Shown here: positions 44,577 to 47,423 of the stretch, one piece after another | Position numbering within the stretch: the first letter of the stretch is position 1 | Layout of the letters: each line of letters opens with the position of its first letter | From: a virus | Lineage: Duplodnaviria; Heunggongvirae; Uroviricota; Caudoviricetes | Strand: one strand, 5' to 3' | Length of the DNA stretch: 47,423 bases | IMG/VR virus record: IMGVR_UViG_2648501802_000003 | Notes under the pieces: generated by a model | What the model was told of the DNA's origin: nothing | What the model saw: the letters and a program-made list of their open reading frames with translations, nothing else | Databases searched by the model: none | Position numbers and translations under genes: made by a program

Positions 44577-45126
44577 TTTCACCGGAAGCAATACTCCTGC
44601 CGAACATCGCGACAGCTGGCGCACACCACCAGAGATTTTTGCTGCGCTTAATGCAGAGTTCGTTTTTCAACTTGATGCTGCCGCCAGCGAAAAAAACCGA
44701 CTATGTCGGCTTTTTATCTCACAGGAGCAGAACACATTAACCACTTCATGGCCTGAAGCAATGGGATATGCCTCTGGTTATGTCTGGTTGAATCCACCAT
44801 ACAGCAATATTTCCCCTTTTGTGAAAAAGGCAGCCACTGAAAACAAATTCAGTAGTGTGGGATGTGTAATGTTATTGCCTGCTGACACATCTGTCGGATG
44901 GTTTCATGAAGCGATACAAACCGCCAGTGAGGTCAGATTCATCACGGCAGGACGACTGGCATTTATTAACCCACTCACTGAGAAACCCGTCAGTGGAAAT
45001 AATAAAGGCTCGATGCTCATTATCTGGCACCCATACCCCCGTACACACTGCCACTTTACGACCGTTGATCGTGGAGAGTTGATGGCGTTCGGCTCAAGGA
45101 TTCTTGCCCGTCGGGAGGCTGCATGA
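44569..45126 (+). CDS. Orphan DNA N6-adenine methyltransferase (phage Dam-like)
   Basis: 185-aa ORF with catalytic NPPY motif (YVWLNPPYSNISPF); no adjacent restriction endonuclease gene. Confidence 0.75.
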   Translation: MTDFTGSNTPAEHRDSWRTPPEIFAALNAEFVFQLDAAASEKNRLCRLFISQEQNTLTTSWPEAMGYASGYVWLNPPYSNISPFVKKAATENKFSSVGCVMLLPADTSVGWFHEAIQTASEVRFITAGRLAFINPLTEKPVSGNNKGSMLIIWHPYPRTHCHFTTVDRGELMAFGSRILARREAA

Positions 45127-45202
45127 CAACCACGGAATGCATTTTTCTGGCAGCGGGCTTCATATTCTGTGTGCTTATGCTTGCCGATATGGGACTTGTT
45201 CA

Positions 45203-45418
45203 ATGACACCTCAGCAGGAAAACGCCCTTCGCAGCATTGCCCGTCAGGCTAATTCTGAAATCAAAAAAGCCAGACAGCAGTTTCCGGATAAAAACGTCGA
45301 TGACATTTGCCGTAGCGTACTTAAGAAGCACCGCGAAACGGTAACGCTGATGGGATTCACACCGACTCATTTAAGCCTGGCGATCGGCATGTTAAACGGC
45401 GTCTTTAAGGAACGGTGA
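45203..45418 (+). CDS. Hypothetical protein (71 aa)
   Basis: Internal start of track ORF 45104..45418 (MTPQQENALRSIARQANSEIKKARQQ...); preceded by a possible 27-aa hydrophobic micro-ORF at 45124..45207 with a strong RBS. Confidence 0.4.
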   Translation: MTPQQENALRSIARQANSEIKKARQQFPDKNVDDICRSVLKKHRETVTLMGFTPTHLSLAIGMLNGVFKER

Positions 45419-45516
45419 ACATGAAAAGCAAAATCATCAGGGAGCTACAGGCTCCTTTTTTATTGTTCGCATTCATCCTCAAGCGTATTAACCAACAATT
45501 CAGGGATTAATGGAAG

Positions 45517-45735
45517 ATGGCAGACATCATTGATTCAGCATCAGAAATCGAAGAATTACAGCGCAATACAGCAATAAAAATGCGTCGTCAGAACTACCAG
45601 ACTGTATCCGCAACTCATTGTTGTGAGTGTGGCGATCCGATAGATGAGCGAAGACGCCTGGCTGTTCAGGGTTGTCGGACTTGTGCAAGTTGCCAGGAGG
45701 AGATCGAACTTAAGAACAAACAATGGGGACTGTGA
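45517..45735 (+). CDS. TraR/DksA-family C4 zinc-finger protein
   Basis: 72-aa ORF with CxxC...CxxC (CCECGDPIDERRRLAVQGCRTCASC), characteristic of TraR-like RNAP-binding proteins of plasmids and lambdoid phages. Confidence 0.7.
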   Translation: MADIIDSASEIEELQRNTAIKMRRQNYQTVSATHCCECGDPIDERRRLAVQGCRTCASCQEEIELKNKQWGL

Positions 45736-45782
45736 TGGCCTCAAAGCAGCAAATTTCAACATCGTCCAACTGAGGTGTAAAA

Positions 45783-46061
45783 ATGTTCAGAATCATTTTT
45801 CCTAACACCTGGTACGTCGACCACCACGGCACTCCCTGCAAAATCCTGCGTTCTACCCACAACAAAGTTCACTACATCCGAAAAGGCAGAACATGTATCG
45901 CCAGCATGTTCCGCTTTAATCATGACTTTGAACCTGTGAATAAAGCTGATGCAGATCGGATAGCAGAAGAGATCGAAACGGCAGAACACATTAAGAAGTT
46001 ACGTGACATGCGTTCAAAAAGCAGAGGTAACCATGGAATCATACAGCCTCACACTCGATGA
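45783..46061 (+). CDS. Hypothetical protein (92 aa)
   Basis: ORF with RBS GAGGTG 6 nt upstream; no family recognised. Confidence 0.5.
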   Translation: MFRIIFPNTWYVDHHGTPCKILRSTHNKVHYIRKGRTCIASMFRFNHDFEPVNKADADRIAEEIETAEHIKKLRDMRSKSRGNHGIIQPHTR

Positions 46062-46404
46062 GGCCTGTCAGTTTCTTAAGATATCCAGACCAACCGCCAC
46101 CAACTGGATACGAACAGGCCGCCTACAGGCAACACGTAAAGATCCAACCAAGCCAAAATCTCCTTACCTCACAACACGGCAAGCCTGCATTGCGGCGCTT
46201 CAGTCTCCGCTGCATACTGTCCAGGTGAGCGCGGGTGATGGCATAACAGAGGAAAGAAAATGTCACTCTTCCGCAGAAATGAAATATGGTATGCCTCGTA
46301 TTCGCTCCCGGGCGGGAAACGAATTAAGGAATCTCTTGGCACAAAGGACAAGCGGCAAGCTCAGGAGTTGCACGACAAGCGAAAAGCAGAACTCTGGCGA
46401 GTAG
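46033..46404 (+). CDS. xis: Excisionase-like HTH protein; unusually long reading frame overlapping int start
   Basis: From ATG 46033 ([36 protein letters not shown]...) with RBS GAGG; HTH typical of excisionases; the frame runs 145 nt into int. Confidence 0.5.
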   Translation: MESYSLTLDEACQFLKISRPTATNWIRTGRLQATRKDPTKPKSPYLTTRQACIAALQSPLHTVQVSAGDGITEERKCHSSAEMKYGMPRIRSRAGNELRNLLAQRTSGKLRSCTTSEKQNSGE

Positions 46405-47423
46405 AAAAGCTAGGGGATTTACCTGATGTCACTTTTGAAGAGGCCTGCCTAAGATGGCTTGAGGAAAAAGCTGATAAAAAATCTCTCGATTCAGATAAAA
46501 GCCGGATTGAGTTCTGGCTTGAACATTTTGAGGGTATAAGGCTTAAAGATATCTCGGAGGCAAAGATTTACTCTGCTGTAAGCAGAATGCATAACAGAAA
46601 GACGAAAGAAATATGGAAACAGAAAGTTCAGGCCGCCATCAGGAAAGGTAAAGAACTGCCTGTTTATGAACCAAAGCCAGTATCAACTCAGACAAAGGCA
46701 AAGCATCTTGCCATGATAAAGGCCATTCTCCGTGCTGCAGAACGCGACTGGAAGTGGCTGGAAAAAGCGCCTGTCATCAAGATACCAGCGGTCAGAAACA
46801 AGCGAGTCAGATGGCTGGAAAAGGAGGAAGCAAAACGCCTTATTGATGAGTGCCCCGAACCACTGAAATCTGTCGTCAAGTTTGCGCTGGCAACTGGTCT
46901 GAGAAAGTCGAACATCATAAATCTGGAATGGCAACAAATCGACATGCAGCGACGAGTTGCCTGGGTGAATCCAGAAGAGAGCAAATCAAACCGCGCCATT
47001 GGTGTGGCGCTGAACGATACCGCCTGTAAAGTGTTGCGTGATCAAATAGGCAAGCATCACAAATGGGTGTTTGTACATACCAAGGCGGCTAAGCGAGCAG
47101 ATGGAACATCAACGCCTGCGGTCAGGAAGATGCGCATCGACAGCAAGACATCATGGCTATCAGCTTGTCGTCGTGCAGGAATTGAAGATTTCCGTTTCCA
47201 TGACCTCAGACACACCTGGGCAAGCTGGCTGATTCAGTCAGGCGTCCCATTATCAGTGCTTCAGGAAATGGGCGGATGGGAGTCCATAGAAATGGTTCGT
47301 AGGTATGCTCACCTTGCGCCTAATCATTTGACAGAGCATGCGAGGAAAATAGACGACATTTTTGGTGATAATGTCCCAAATATGTCCCACTCTGGAATTA
47401 TGGAGGATATAAAGAAGGCGTAA
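46260..47423 (+). CDS. int: Tyrosine integrase (IntD-like)
   Basis: 387-aa [53 protein letters not shown]... with C-terminal catalytic motifs ([10 protein letters not shown]...VRRYAHL); matches recalled K-12 IntD. Confidence 0.9.
   Translation: MSLFRRNEIWYASYSLPGGKRIKESLGTKDKRQAQELHDKRKAELWRVEKLGDLPDVTFEEACLRWLEEKADKKSLDSDKSRIEFWLEHFEGIRLKDISEAKIYSAVSRMHNRKTKEIWKQKVQAAIRKGKELPVYEPKPVSTQTKAKHLAMIKAILRAAERDWKWLEKAPVIKIPAVRNKRVRWLEKEEAKRLIDECPEPLKSVVKFALATGLRKSNIINLEWQQIDMQRRVAWVNPEESKSNRAIGVALNDTACKVLRDQIGKHHKWVFVHTKAAKRADGTSTPAVRKMRIDSKTSWLSACRRAGIEDFRFHDLRHTWASWLIQSGVPLSVLQEMGGWESIEMVRRYAHLAPNHLTEHARKIDDIFGDNVPNMSHSGIMEDIKKA

Overview
The window is almost entirely one lambdoid prophage (about 1.3 kb to the window end at 47423; the far att site lies beyond the window), sitting next to the host AraC-family gene appY (1..750, minus). 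Most genes are on the minus strand and follow phage lambda order: cos, Nu1, A, W, B, C, D, E, FI, FII, Z, U, V, G/G-T, H, M, L, K, I, J, lom, stf, then a divergent distal fibre module at 1426..2695. Above cos lie a phage-21/DLP12-type lysis cassette (S pinholin, SAR endolysin R, Rz/Rz1), an nmpC-type porin gene lying antisense inside the late operon, a Q antiterminator, a nin-type block (ylcG, rusA, ybcO, ninE, ybcN, ylcH), an AT-rich accessory island (ybcM AraC regulator, ybcL PEBP-family protein, ybcK large serine recombinase, emrE efflux pump), replication genes ren-P-O with ori iterons, a CII-like gene, cro and a divergently transcribed cI. On the plus strand a pL-type operon carries gam-bet-exo, an orphan Dam-like methyltransferase, a TraR-like zinc-finger protein, xis and an IntD-like integrase. 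Protein identifications rest on reading the supplied translations against remembered lambda and E. coli K-12 DLP12 proteins; no database search was run. The main anomalies are: (1) the tail-tip gene J contains a ~2.86 kb tandem duplication with frameshifts in both copies, so no intact J frame exists as written; (2) single-base homopolymer frameshifts in B and I, which could be real decay or sequencing error; (3) no recognisable N antiterminator at the pL-proximal position, although a boxA-like motif is present; (4) several moron/accessory loci of unknown function. I could not identify a clearly novel multi-gene system with confidence; the candidates are listed as findings with stated uncertainty.
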